A DNA stretch of 64,000 nucleotides from Somniosus microcephalus (Eukaryota), in the NCBI GenBank assembly GCA_052327205.1, contig CM126202.1:176762001-176826000 (forward strand), written 5' to 3'. The notes beneath the pieces are model-generated. The model was not told where the DNA came from, made no database searches, and saw nothing but the letters and a program-made list of their open reading frames with translations. The position numbers and the translations under genes are program-made. This document shows positions 36,637-49,853 of the stretch, in pieces (position 1 is the first letter of the stretch; each line of letters opens with the position of its first letter).

Positions 36637-38157
36637 ATGATAAAAAGGCAAATCATTGCGCCACTACCCAATTGCACGATGCATGATCAGCTACTGACAC
36701 ACAGATTGGCAACACATCTGTCACTGTGCATGTGCTCCTTGAACTTACAACACACCCAAACTATTTCTCAGTTTGCATGTCAACATGGCATATAACATAA
36801 GGAAAGAAACCCAAACTGGAGGAGTGGCCAGAAATGAAAAATCCTTGACTCCCTTTGAGGAGGCCATCCTGGACATTCTTGCCTGTAAGAAAATTGATGG
36901 TGTAGGGGATGGTGAGAGTATGGTTCCTGGTGCCCAAAGCACTGCTATACATCAGGCATTATTGGGTGTGGATGGTCAATACGCAGAGTGCCCCATAGTG
37001 CAGATCCCAAGCAGTTTCAGTGCTTTGAGACTTGGGCCACGAATTTAATTGAGGAGGGGGCTTGGAGTCGGGTTGCCTGGTGGGCGGGGTCCAGACCCAC
37101 TGCTGGCTGCATCCACTCCAGAGTTGAAATTTTAATTTAATTGGCCCCTTAAGTGACGTGGTGCACACTGGCCGGTCCAGTGACTGGGATCGAGTCTGTT
37201 AGCCGCCTCTGATGATGTCATTAGTGCAGATGTTTTTAAGGGTCCCATGATTCTGCTGGTGTCTTAATGTGGCAAGGCCACCATGAGTGCTTCCAAACCG
37301 AAGGCTGCTCCACGTTTCAATGAGGATTCCCTCCAAGCTCTTATGGAGGGAGTAGGAGGGCGCAGGGAGATTCTGTTCCCTCCCGATGGCCGGAGGAAGC
37401 CTCCTCAGCAAACCAAGGCAGCCTGGCTGCTCATTGCTGAGGAGGTCAGCACTAGGTCTATTTGTTCACGCACCTGGATCCAGTGCCGGAAAAGGTTTAA
37501 TGATCTTCTGCGATCATCAAAAGTGAGTATCACATCATACTTGCCTTCAATCTGCTTCCCTTCTCTTCTCATCACCAGCACTCTGCTTTGTAAGCCTGCT
37601 CCTCCACATCCCACCTTACCCTTACTTCCCTTGCACCCTTACCTATCCATCTCTCTCTCTGTACCGAATCACCTCACCATCTTACTATGCACCCCTCACA
37701 CTCGCTCTCACTGTTATGCAATGACAACAGCTAACAATGCACAGGGAGGCAGCTTCCTCTTGGCACCTCACTCCATCCTCGTCTCCCTCTAACCTTCTAT
37801 GTTATGGATTCTTCACAGTCAGTCCATCACTCTCACTGAAACTCCACTTGTGTCGCTCCTTGCAGTAAAAGATAGCCCACAATAAGATGGAGAGAGCACA
37901 GACAGGAGGAGGCACACAATCCCTCGCTATATTGACCAGTGCTGAGGAGGCTGCGCATGAGATAATTGGAGGTAGCGAGGAGCTGGGAGTGGGGGACAGA
38001 AAGACAGGAGCATTAGATGAAGCTGTTGACAGAGTAGAGTTTCATCCCTCTCATTTAGATTTAATGATTGACTGCAATGGCATATGATCATAGAAATTCA
38101 CTTTGTATCACCCGCACAAAAGGATGTGCCTGCTACCTAAAATTCAGATTTGTAACT

Positions 38158-41100
38158 TGACGTAATAAAACTCACTACGCACTTGGTTTGAGCATAAAGG
38201 AAGGCTTGAATCAACTTGTTTCAGAACATGGAGGTCTAGTTGTACTTCACTAGTTCCTTGTCTTACAAAATGTCCCTGGAAAGCTGGGCCCACGCCCGAG
38301 CATTTATACTCCTTGGACGGCGCCACCAGCTGGCCATCCAGCATTATTTCATGAGTAGTTTCTTGATGATGATGAGATTTAGAACATTCTTCCTGCCTAA
38401 AAGATTTGGAAGTCCAACGACTTCCTCTTAACGGATTAGGCAGACCACAAATAGCCGCAGTCTTTTAGATTTTTATTTATGGCTCGAAGGCATGTCTCTC
38501 CAGACCATGTCTTGGTCCCTGGGCCGCTTGATTCATACCAGTGGATCGACAGGGCCCGCGTTGCTCTGACCGACCCGAGGGAGGCCGGGGAGATCGTGAC
38601 TCTGAGCACGGGTCCCCACAGGCGCAGAACTAGCTTCATCCTGTTTGATAGCCAGGGATTGACCGGCGTCCTTGCTTCGGGTGGCCATCCCACGGGGAGT
38701 GCTCAGCTCCCTGAGTGGATCCGGTGGGGCAGCTGGCAGCTCTCTCGATGTCCCAGGTAGGGCATCATCTTCGGGGGAGTGCAGAGTGTCGGCATCATCC
38801 CCGTGGGTCCCTCTATCAGTTGGGTCCGTGGAACCAGCTGGACAGGGTGCCAGGTCCCGGAGCGAAACGGTGGACTCCCGGCCATCAGGGTACCGCACGT
38901 GCGCGTACGTGGGATTGATGTCCGTGAGTTCTACCTCGTCGACGAGAGGATCATTTTTAGACGATCGAACGAAACTTCGGAGTAGCGCGGGGCCGGGAGC
39001 TGCCAACCATGACGGTAGAGACGTCCCATGGGTGGAGCGACGCTGGAAGCTGAAGAATCGTTCGTGAGGCATGACATTGGTAGATGTAGAATGGAGAGAC
39101 CTGATGGAATGCAACACGTCAGGGAGCGTAGTTTCCCACTGCTGGTCTGTTAGGTTGCGTGACCTCAGCGCAAGACAAACAGCGTTCCAAATGATAGTGT
39201 TGTATCTCTCAACCTGTCCGTTACTGATGGGATGGTACGGTGTCATTTTACTTGTGGCGATTCCCCGTTGGGAGAGATAACTTTTGAGTTCGCTTGACAT
39301 GAAGGAGGGACCCCGATCAGAGTGGATGAAATTGGCCGTACCGCAAAGGGAAAAGACTTGATCAAGGCATTTGATCACTGTGGAAGTAAGCATATTGGGA
39401 CAGGGGAAAACAAAGGGAAAGCATGAATATTCATCCACCATATTCAGTAAGTAGGTGTTTTGCATTGAGGAAGGCAATGGCCCTTTAAAGTCAATGCTGA
39501 GTCGCTGCATAGGCTGCATTGCGTGTATGAGTGAGCCATCCGATGGATGGAAGAATTGCAGTTTTAATTCCGCACAAATTCTACAGGAGGAGCACGTTCT
39601 TTTCACATCTTCCATAGAAAATGGGAGATTTTTAGATCGCACAAAGTGCAACATACGGGTAACGCCAGGATGGCATAAGTCAGTATGAAGATCCGCAAGA
39701 GTCGAAGTTGATATGGAAGAGCAGAATGCCCGCGTGAGGGTATCCGGGCCCACACTCTCTTTGCCGGGTCATAGAATCATAGCATGGTTACAGCACAGAA
39801 GGAGGCCATTCGGCCCGTCGAGCCCGTGCCGGCTCTCTGCAAGAGCACTTCAGCTAGTCCCACTCCCCTTTCCCCGTAGCTCTGCAAATTTTTTTCCTTC
39901 AGGTACTTATCCAATTCCCTTTTGAAAGCCATGATTGAATCTGCCTCCACCACCCTTTCAGGCAACATATTCCAGATAATGTATGGTGTATCCAAAGGCG
40001 GCCAATTCCATCCTCCAGAGTTGTATTTTGTTATTCTTGATCTTAGTGCGTTTCCGGTTATCCAGCATAAAGGCCGGGGAGCGCTGATCGGTTATAAGTG
40101 TGAAATGGCGACGAGCGAGAAAATGACTCCATTTACATACAGCTTCGATGATGGCCGTAGCCTCCTTCTCGACAGGAGGATAATGGAGCTCGCTACCCTG
40201 CAAAGTTCTGGACAGAAATGCAACGGGTCGACCACCTTGATTCAATGTAGCAGAGATTGCCACATCCGATGCATCGTACTCGACCACGAAAGGAAGATTT
40301 TCATCAACGGAACGAAATGTGGCTTTTTCCAGTTGTCGCTTGAGGAGGTTGAAAGCTGAAATAGCCGTTGCCTCCAATGGAAATGACTTTGCGTGAAGCA
40401 GGGGCTGGATCTTGTCGGAGAAGTGGGGTATCCATTTCGCATAATAGGCGAAGATGCCGAGTGCCCGACGAAGAGAGACAAGATTCGTAGGGGGAGGGAG
40501 CTCCTGAAGCGAATGAAGTCGCTCCGGATCTGGTTTAATGACACCGTTGCCCACCCAGTAGCCAAGGATGTTGACTGATGGTACTGATTTCACAGATTTG
40601 GACTCATTTAAGGTTAAGTTGCGACGACGGAGAACATCAAAAAGTTTCTGGAGATTGGCATCATGCTCCTTCTGGTCATGCCCAGCAATGGTGATATTAT
40701 CCAGATATGGAAAAGTGTCCGTTAAGTTCTCCTGTTTGACTAGGCTATCCATTGCCCGTTGTAAGACGACCACCCCATTGGTGACCCGAAATTGAAGGCG
40801 ATAAAACTGGCAAAGCCGACTATTGGCCTCAAAGGCCGTATACATTTTGTCAGAGTGCTTTAATGGGTACTTGATGATATGCGCTCTTTAAATCAAAGGT
40901 TGAAAATACCTTGTAGTTAACAAAGTTATTGACCATGTCATCGATGCGTGGTAGTGGGTAGGCATCCAGGTCAGTATACTGGTTAATAGTCTGCGAGTAA
41001 TCGATGCAAAGATGTTTCTTGTGTTGCTTCAGATGATTTTTGACAACGACGACTTGAGCCCGCCAGGAAGATGAACATGGCTCAATGATACTGTCAGCTA

Positions 41101-42955
41101 GAAGGCGAGAGATTTCTGCCTCGATAAAGGACCGATCATCTTGGCTGAAACGTCATGATTTAGTGACTATGGCTTACATCGGGGGGAAAGATTGGCAAAC
41201 AAGGAGGGCTCGTCGAGCGAAGCCGCCGAAAGCGCACTAAACGGTACTTTGGAAATAGTAAGCTCCGGCTTTGACCCTCCAAACTCGAAAGTGAGTCTTT
41301 TGTGTTGTTTCTGGAAATCCTGTCCCAGGAACACATCACTACATAGGTTCTTGAGCACCCCAAGCCGGGTGGAGAAATAAGTGTGGCCATAGAGAATAAG
41401 GTCGACAAGACAAAACCTGGAAGAATTGGTGGTCAGTGTCGTCAGAGCCATTGCAATTTCCCTGTCTGAGGGGTAAATACGCAGTTTTAACTTCCTGACA
41501 GCCCGCTCACTAATGAAGCTGTCAGAGCTGCATGAGTCGATTAGTGCACTCAAAATGTGTCCATTTACTGAAACCTTTGTGGCTGCATGGGACAGACTTT
41601 GGGGAAAAACAGCTGTGATGGGAGGAGGGGCAGTTTTACCCTTGACAGCTGTAACCTTAGTAGTGCTTCTTGGGGGAGGAGAAGTTTTATAGATTGCAGC
41701 TGTAACCTTAGTTGTGGCTCTTGGGGGAGGAGCAGTTTTATAGATAGTAGCTGTAAAACTAACAGGAGCTCTCGACCGGTATACCTTAGAAAAGTGGCCT
41801 TTCTTACTAACAGCGGCTCTTGACTGGCATACCTTAGAAAAGTGACCTTTCTTGCTGCAATGATTGCAGGTTGCGTTATGAGCAGGACAACATTTCCTAT
41901 AATGGAATGCACCCCCACAGAAGAAACACTTCCTTCCAGATTGCCAAGATGCCGCTAGGGCAGGGTCATCATCAGTGTAGTTTTCTAGGGTAGGGTTGTC
42001 ATCAGCCAGGTTGGAGTCGTCATCCATGAGGGCTTCCGCCCGAGGCCTATCGAAGGAGTCACTAAAAGTGATAGCAGCAGCCCATGCATGTGGTGAAAGA
42101 TAGGTATCTGCATTTCTCTTTGCTAAGTCCAGAGAACATGCCTGGTCATAGGCAGCCTGTAACATAAGGGTTTTATTCTCCAATAGATGCTGATGTTTGA
42201 AGGGAGACGCAATTCCATTAATAAAGGAATCACGAATTAACTCCTCCTGGTACTGCTCAGCTGTAACAGCTTTAAGATTACAATCCTTGCTGAGCCTGCG
42301 AAGTTTCTGAAGGAATTCATCAAGTGATTCCCTGGGTTGTTGTTGAGTTGTGGCCAGTAGATGCCGAGCAAAAATTTAATTTGGGGACTTGACATATAGC
42401 TGCTGTAGTATTTGGATAGCGGCATCATAGTCTACACAGCCTTCGATATAATCAAACACATGAGGGGATACATAATTAGCAAGCATTCGTAAATTGTTAG
42501 GAACATTCTCACCACACTCCTCAAGGAAGTTGCTAAAGGTATGATACCAGTGTTTCCATACCTTAGCAGCTGTAATTGAATTCGGGTCCAGGTCGAGACG
42601 AGTGGGTCTGAGCAGTTTCTCCATGATGGATCGATTACTTGTCTGAGTTCCCTTCTATAGTTCGAGTCATAGCTGGCTGTTCCCGAAATCACCTAAAGCA
42701 TGGAGTCGATATCAAGTTGATTAAATTGACGTAATAAAACTCACTATGCACTTGGTTTCAGCATAAAGCAAGGCTTTAATCAACTTGTTTCAGAACATGG
42801 AGGTCTAGTTGTACTTCACTAGTTCCTTGTCTTACAAAATATCCCTGGCAAGCTGGGCCCACGCCCGAGTATTTATACTCCTTGGGCGGGGCCACCAGAT
42901 GGCCATCCAGCGTTATTTCATGAGTAGTTTCTTGATGATGATGAGATTTATAACG
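38158..42955 (-). mobile_element. Gypsy LTR retrotransposon D (same lineage as B), decayed
   Basis: 229-bp LTRs at 38158-38386 and 42727-42955 (about 13 mismatches). TSD TAACT. PPT AGGCAGGAAGAA. Gag start MEKLLRPTRLDLD, RT YLDN, integrase IDFKG/HSDRG. Frameshifted. No tRNA PBS. Confidence 0.95.
39770..39975 (-). mobile_element. 5'-truncated CR1 3' end inserted in the pol gene of Gypsy D
   Basis: Encodes WNMLPERVVEADSIMAFKRELDKYL and carries the CR1 3' stem-loop and tail. It splits the pol motif YTIHY|RPGK. Confidence 0.85.
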
Positions 42956-44297
42956 TAACTCATGCCTTTACTCTCCCACAGGACCATTGAGTGCCGCCCT
43001 CCTCACTGTCCAGGAGGAAGAGCCAGATGACTCCTCAGAGGAACCTGCGGCCTCTGGGGAAGCAGCATCACCAGGACTCAGTGCACCCAGAACCAACGGA
43101 CAGACGCACACCTCGGTGGGGCCATCGCGAGTTAGAGTAGTGTTGTCACCTGGTGTATCACAGCTCATAAGTAAGCATCAGCAGATGGTGGAGACAGCGA
43201 CAGCAGTGGAGAGTCTTCGTCAGAGGTCGCAGGACTCTCCTAGCTCTGCTCAGCTGCATGCAGACCCTGTGCCTCTGGGGCCATCCAGAAAGAGAGTGGT
43301 GCTGGAACTCCAGGAACAAGTGCAGGAGTTGCTGACAGGGTTTGCATCCAGGGTAACTGTGAGTGTGCAGAGAATGGAGGAGTCCATCTCTAACATGAGC
43401 ATTGCCTTTGTGGGGGCAATAGTGCATGAACGTTCTGCCATGGAGAGGGTGGCAACCTCCATGGAGGACATAAATCGCCAGACTAACGAAAACATGGTGA
43501 CTCTTCAAAATAGATTGTCTGCTAAGGAGGAGAGATGTACATCTATTGAAGAGAGACACCAGAGCTTCATGGACGTCCTTGTTATGAGGACTTCCAGTAC
43601 AGATAAGGGTCCTCATGAACCCCCTGATGTGCAGCAAGGTGCTCTCCAACCACTTGCTAGCACTGAAGTGCAGCTGATCCATGAAAGGGATGTTGGTGGC
43701 AGACAACAAGGAAGTGTGGGCTCCTCGCCAAGTGCTCACACGACCATGTCACTGTGGAGCCTTCGCTCAGAGACCCACATTGCACACCCAACTGAGATGG
43801 CCGTTTCAGCCCCTGAACAGCTGCAGGGAGAGTAGACTGTTTCAGAGACCTCTCATGCTCCCAAACCCAGAGGACGCCCACCAAAGGCATCTAAGTAGGC
43901 GCAGCATCAAAGTCAGCAAGGTGCCTCTACATCTGCTGAAGCCACAGGGGAAGCACCATGTAGAAGCATGCGTAAGAGGAAGATAAAGCACAAATAGTCA
44001 CAAGGGGAGTCACTTGGGTGTTTTGTTCTGTTGTCTTTGGTTCTGTTTAATATTTTGCAATGTCATCCTTTTGTGAATGTATTAAACAAAAGTGATGGCA
44101 AACAGTTGAAGTTCTAGCCTATGTGTTCTGGGAAATGGAAGTTGCACATTGAGGGCTCAGGGCGACTTGCATTTGTACTGAAGGTGGTGAAAGTGATAGG
44201 AAAGAACCGGTTATTGCAGAGATGATGTATGGCGTTGTAGGAAGATCGTCTACACATTCATAGCCATATGCTAGCCACCTGTGGTTGAAGAGTAAGC

Positions 44298-45560
44298 TTA
44301 CGTGAATCTGGCATGAATGAGTGCATCCCTTGCGTGACGGTCAGCAGTGAGCTCGAGGGCCACTGCATTGGTCACATCCGGACCCGCAAGGCGCGCCTCC
44401 TCCTCGTCCTCATCCCCGTCCTCATCCTCGTCCTCCTCATCATCTTCCTCCTCTTCTTCCAAGGATGCTCTGCATTGAGCCACTTGTTCCTCATGGAGCA
44501 CTAAGCCACGCTGCTGTGCCTTGTTGTGCAGGGCATAGTAGACGATGATGATTCTGGAGACCCTGACTGGTACATACTGCAGGGCTCCACCAGATCTGTC
44601 GAGGCATCTGAATCGCATTTTGAGAGAGCCGATGGTTTGTTCGCTGATGCTTCTGGTGGAAATGTGGCTCACATTGTACTGCTCCTCAGCCTCGTTTGAT
44701 GGCCTCCTCATCGATGTCATGAGCCACTTTTTCAGGGGATAGCTCTTGTCGCCAAGTAGCCATCCGGAAAGTTGGTTTGACGGATAGAAGAGCTAAGGCA
44801 CAGTAGACTGCCGCAGGATGAAGGAGTCATAGCAACTGCCAGGGTACTTGGCGCAAACAAGTATGATGATGTTCCTGTGGTTACACACCAGCTGGACGTG
44901 AAGGGAGTGGAAGCCCTTGTGGTTGATAAAATCAGCTGGGTTGTGATGGGGTGCCCTAATGGCCACATGTGTGCAGTCTATGGTGCCCTGCACCCTTGGG
45001 AAGCCTGCCATATTTGCAAAGCCAACCACACACGCGGTTACACTTGCTTCATCCATGGAGAAGTGGATGTAATTGTGCACCTTTGCAAAGAGGTCATCGG
45101 TAACCTGCGTGATGCAAGTGTGTGCAGCCGACTGGGAGATTCCGCTGATGTCTGCTGATGATCCCTGGAAGGAGCCCGAAGCAAAGAAGCTGATTGTGGT
45201 GGTGACTTTGACAGCCACTGGGAAGGACTGTGCACACGCTCCTCCGGGCTCCAGGTGTTGGTGCAGCATTGCGCAGATGTCAGCGACTACCTCTCACGAA
45301 AGTCTCAGCCTCCTTTGGCACTGCTGCTTACTCATGTTGAGGAAGCTCATCCTCTGCCTGTAAACCCTGTGTTGGGGGTATCTCCTGTGGTGAGGTGCAG
45401 GCCTGCGCTGACGCCCTCTGCCCTGTGCAGCATCAGGTGAATGAGGAGAAAGTTGGCGCTCCTGTTGTTGGTGCTGCTGCTGTGCCTGGTTGTGGTGCTG
45501 CTGCAGCTGCTTTTGTCTAAATCTGACGACCAGGATGAGAGGATACAAATGGTTCCCATA
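44298..45560 (-). pseudogene. Harbinger transposase, disrupted
   Basis: Motifs [27 protein letters not shown] and [15 protein letters not shown], with a Gln-rich N-terminus. Stop codons and frameshifts. Confidence 0.9.
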
Positions 45561-48367
45561 CCACTGGTATATATCTCATTCAAGGAATGGAGGTTGTGTG
45601 CGCTCAGACAAAGTGGCTAGAGGGTCTTCCAAGGAGGTCAGCAGATGGGTTTCAGACTCAACACTCAAGATTAGTTGAGCTGTAAAATGTCTCCCAAACC
45701 TCAAACCACTAAGTTGTGGCATGTGAAAGAATGAGAGATTGCAGGCCCGCTTTTAAGCTGCTCGAGCAGCTGGCAACAATTCAGGTCCTAGCTCAACCCA
45801 GCTCGATTCACCTGGCATGTTTGTATGAAGGCGGGCAGCATGTTGAAAAACCTCCAAAATCAGATCAGCCCTTTAAAATAGGATTATCCAGGCAGTTAAC
45901 GACCTGTTAACTGCCTTAACAACTTGTCCTGCCATTTGGTTTGGGAGCGGCTGACCCGAAACTTCCCAAAGTCGCATGGAGGTGGGTTCGCAGCCCACCC
46001 CAATTTCTCCAATTTTCGCTACAGACCCACCTCCAAGCCCACCCCCTCAGCGCAATTAAGTTTGCGGCCTTGGTGCCTGCCAACTGTGTGCAAGACTCAT
46101 TGAAGCTCACAGTTTTGTTTTTATTAGGGCAAAACCCAATAACACAACTGGAACAGCACTAAACATCCATTTAAAATGGACACTTCAAGATAAAAAATGG
46201 AAGCTCCATATTTGTAGGGCTTTGTTGTAAGACTTCCAGCACCATGGTCTTGAATGCCCAATTGGTGAATTGGATTCAATCTGATAAAAAATAGATTAAA
46301 AAAAAAGCACTTCTTTAAGTGCAACCGGCAGCCATTTCATAGCTGATACCACCCAGTAACTCCTCCTGTGACCTCCGTGCTCTCCCAGTGTATCATGACT
46401 TATACACTGGCAGCACCATCTAAATATTAAAATTAGCTGACTTCACATTATAAGGTAAGGTCAGCTTGGCGGTCTGCAGACAAAACCAGCCCCCAAAGCA
46501 CAGTGATGTCAGGACCACATTATTGGCCTCAGCATGTCAATACTGTATCAGGAACAATAACAGTAAAGGAAGAAATATATTGACATCAAGAAAGTCACCA
46601 CTGTTAGCGATTCCAATGGAAACCATACTTTGCAGTATAAAACATCATGAAAAGATTGCTCATTTTTGTTTAGCTGATAGAGTTAGAAGAGTCCTGTTGC
46701 TATAGCCACAACTGACAAATATGGCATATCTGAAGAAAAAAGGAGACTGAATCTGTCACCTCGCAGACATACCTTATAAAGACTTAGTTCAGTATTTATG
46801 AATGAAGGAGCAGACAAGCTATGGAAACCCGAAGCATGAAAGAGCTGAGCACTTTTTGCAAATATGTATTGATAAAATTGGGAGAGGCCAGCTAATCTTT
46901 TCATTCCAGAATAGTTTGTGCTGAATTCTAAGCAGCAAAATGGAACCACATGGTAAAATCACCAATCCTGCATTCTCATGCACTTTGGCGAGGTTAGTGG
47001 AAGAGGTTCTCTGCAGGTGTATCCTGGCATTTATGCTGGGCTTCAAGAGCCACCCCACCCCCACCCCACCACATATTTCTGGGGCCCATGAACTTTTAAT
47101 TAGAGTATGTTGCCTACTTAATAAACTTCTATGATGTGGGAGTTTCAAGTAAAGTGAGTACAGCACTCTGGGTGAAACCATTTTCAAAACATTTATGCAC
47201 ATCTAAAATATTTAATACGTCTTATCTGATATATTTTCCAATATTCCCAGGGACGTAACAGCAAACAGTCTATGTGAGCTACAATGAGACATATCTAAAA
47301 AAGAACAGGAATAAATTTGAACTACTAGTATAAACAGAAAGGATTAAGGTTTCAATGTGACAGTGGGGATGAGGTTTGCTGAAAAGAACAGTCAGGATTA
47401 ATTTTCATGTTTCCTCCAAGCAAACTATAATCAGACTTTTACAATGTATTGACACATAAAAATGCCAAAGCATGCTTAATACGATAATATTTTGTTTCCA
47501 TAAAAACATTTTTTTCTAAAGCACATCTGAATTATTCACAGGATTGTTGAAATGTTATACTTGAGTTATTTTTAAACAGTATGTATTTGCTGTGCTGACA
47601 CTTTAAAATCTCACCCATCCTCCGTGTAACTAACCCTCTTTCTGAATGGGAGCTCTAGGCTGGCCTTCCTGCTTTACCTGCCCCACTTCTTGTGGTTCTC
47701 GTAATTAATCTTTAACAAACAGATTTTTTTTCTGCTAATTTGCCTTACTGCGATTTTGAGATGGGAGACACATATGGGCAGAATTTTCCTTACTAAGTCG
47801 GGTCAGGTGCGCACGGGCCGGGTGGCGGGTCATAACCGCGTTGCTCTGATCATCCCACTCCTCAGAGCGACTTTCAGTTAATGGCGCCTATTAAGGCAGA
47901 CCTGCGTGTTTCCCGGCCCTATTAAATGGTGCAGGTCTGATGACATCATCGATGACACAATTCCAGTGGGGATATTTAAAACAGCCTTGGCCACATCGCA
48001 TTTGAAGGTTCATCTAGGAGTTTGCAGGGAGGTCATGGCACAATCTGCTTATTGCTCAGACTTGAAATCATGGCTTCACAAAGACAGAGGACAGCACCCA
48101 GGTTTTCAGATAACTTCCTATATATTCTTGTGGAGGGAGTGAGAGCATGCAGGGAGGTCCTCTTCCCTGCTGATAGGCAGAAGAGACCTCCCCAAGAGAA
48201 AAAAGAGCCTGGCTTCAAATAGTTGAGGAGGTGAACAGCAGGGATGTGGTGAGGCGGACCTGGGTGTAGTGCCGAAAGCGCTTCAATGCTCTGATGAGCC
48301 ACACTCACCTTCATCCTGCTGTGCCTGTCATTATATCCCCATCACTCTGCCTTCCCAAGCCTACTCC

Positions 48368-49853
48368 AGTCCTCCTCGGGTCCCCTCCCTCACCTCTTTT
48401 TCCAATACATTGATTGGTGCCATTTCCTGCTCTCGCACTGAACTAGAAAATTTCATTCATTCTGCCTCCAATTTCCACCCTTCCCTCACCTTCACATTGT
48501 TCATCTCCTACTCTTCCCTTCCTCGACTTCTCAGTCTCCATCTCCGGGGATAGGTTATTGACCAACATTCACTGCAAGCCCACTGACTCCCACAGCTACC
48601 TAGACTACACTTCCTCCCACCCCGCCTCCTGAAAGGACTTTATTCCATTCGCCCAGTTTCTCCGTCTCTGCCACATCTGCTCCGACGATGCCACCTTCCA
48701 CACCAGTGCTTCCAACATGTCTTCCTTTTTCCTCAACCGAGGATTCCCCTCTACCATGGTGGACACGGCCCTCGACCATGTCCGTTCTATCTCCCGCACT
48801 TCTGCCCTCACCCCTGCCCCTCCCTCCCGGAACCACGATAGGGTTCCCCTTGTCCTCACCTTTCACCCCACTAGCCTTCACATTCAACGGATCATCCTCT
48901 ACCATTTCTGCCACCTCCAACGTGATCCTACCACCAAATGCATCTTCCCCTCCCCTCTCAGCATTCCGTAGGGACCACTCCCTCCGAGACACCCTAGTCC
49001 ACTCCTCTATCACACCCAGCAACCCTACCCCTTCGCCCGGCACCTTCCCGTGCAAGCGCAGGAGATGCAACACCTGCCCTTATACCTCCCCGCTTCCCAC
49101 TGTCCAGGGCTCCAAACACCCCTTCCAGGTGAAACAGCGATTTACTTGTACTTCTTGCAATTTAGTATACTGTATTCACTGCTCACGATGTGGTCTCCTC
49201 TACATTGGGGAGACCAAATGCAGATTGGGTGACCGCTTTGCGGAACACCTCTGTTCAGTCCGTAAGGGTAACCCCGAGCTTCCGGTCGCCTGTCATTTTA
49301 ATTCACCGCCCCATTCCCACTCAGACCTCACTGTTCGCGGCCTCTTGCATTTTTCCATGGAAGCTCAGTGTAAGCTCGAGGAACAGCACCTCATCTTCTG
49401 ATTAGGCACTTTACAGCCTTCCGGACTCAATATCGAGTTCAACAATTTCAAATCATAACCTCGGCCCCTATTATATTTTTATATATTTTTTATCCACACC
49501 TTTGGTTTGTGCCTTTTCCTTTTTTCTCTCCCACATGGCAGCTGTCTCTCATTCTGCCAGCGCATTTCACACTTCATTAAGAGCCATCTTTTGTCTCTTT
49601 ACCTGTCCTATTACTATCTTGTCTCATCTTGAATATCTCTTAATGTCTCTTCACCTCCCAGACCTTCCCCTTTGCTCTTTCATCCCCTCCCCCATTTCCC
49701 AGCCCCCAAACTGGCCTTTTAATCTGTTTCATTTCCTGCTTTTTATTTCTCAGTTCTGAAGAAGGGTTTCGACCTGAAACGTTAACTCTGTTTCTCTCTC
49801 CACCAATGTTGCCTGGCCTGTTGAGTTTTTCCAGCATTTTCTGTTGTTATTTT
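48368..49853 (+). mobile_element. Penelope-like element 1 (5' truncated; RT C-terminus, GIY-YIG endonuclease, pLTR)
   Basis: Motifs KPTDSHSYLDY and NLVYCIHCSRCGLLYIGETK. Apparent TSD CTACTCC (48361-48367 and 49854-49860). Confidence 0.9.
49752..49787 (+). ncRNA. Minimal type I hammerhead ribozyme motif
   Basis: AGTT-CTGAAGA-AGGGTTTCGACCT-GAAA-CG-TT-AACT: stem I AGUU/AACU, intact CUGAnGA and GAAA cores, GUU cleavage triplet and a palindromic ACGU in place of stem III. Confidence 0.8.

Larger units (their letters stand above)
31400..37034 (+). mobile_element. Old Harbinger Myb-like gene remnant hosting Gypsy C and the younger Harbinger
   Basis: Exon-1-like HAWQEAAARGN...WEQMRK...KAGK at about 31500-31601. 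Exon-2-like NMAYNIRKETQTGG...LTPFEEAILDIL...VGDGE at about 36780-36935. Boundaries are approximate. Confidence 0.65.
37283..43997 (+). pseudogene. Harbinger Myb/SANT-like gene (exons 37283-37522, about 37866-38024, about 42982-43997)
   Basis: Exon 1 APRFNEDSLQALMEGV...AWLLIAEEV...WIQCRKRFNDL ends at GTGAGT. Exon 2 contains ERAQTGGG. Exon 3 corresponds to ORF 42987..43835, followed by a PRGRPPK motif. Several stop codons. Confidence 0.8.
37035..46069. mobile_element. Full-length Harbinger transposon containing Gypsy D
   Basis: Imperfect TIRs GGCCACGAATTTAATTG and CAATTAAGTTTGCGGCC. TSD TTG (37032-37034 and 46070-46072). Same gene layout as the element at 9539-13800. Confidence 0.88.
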
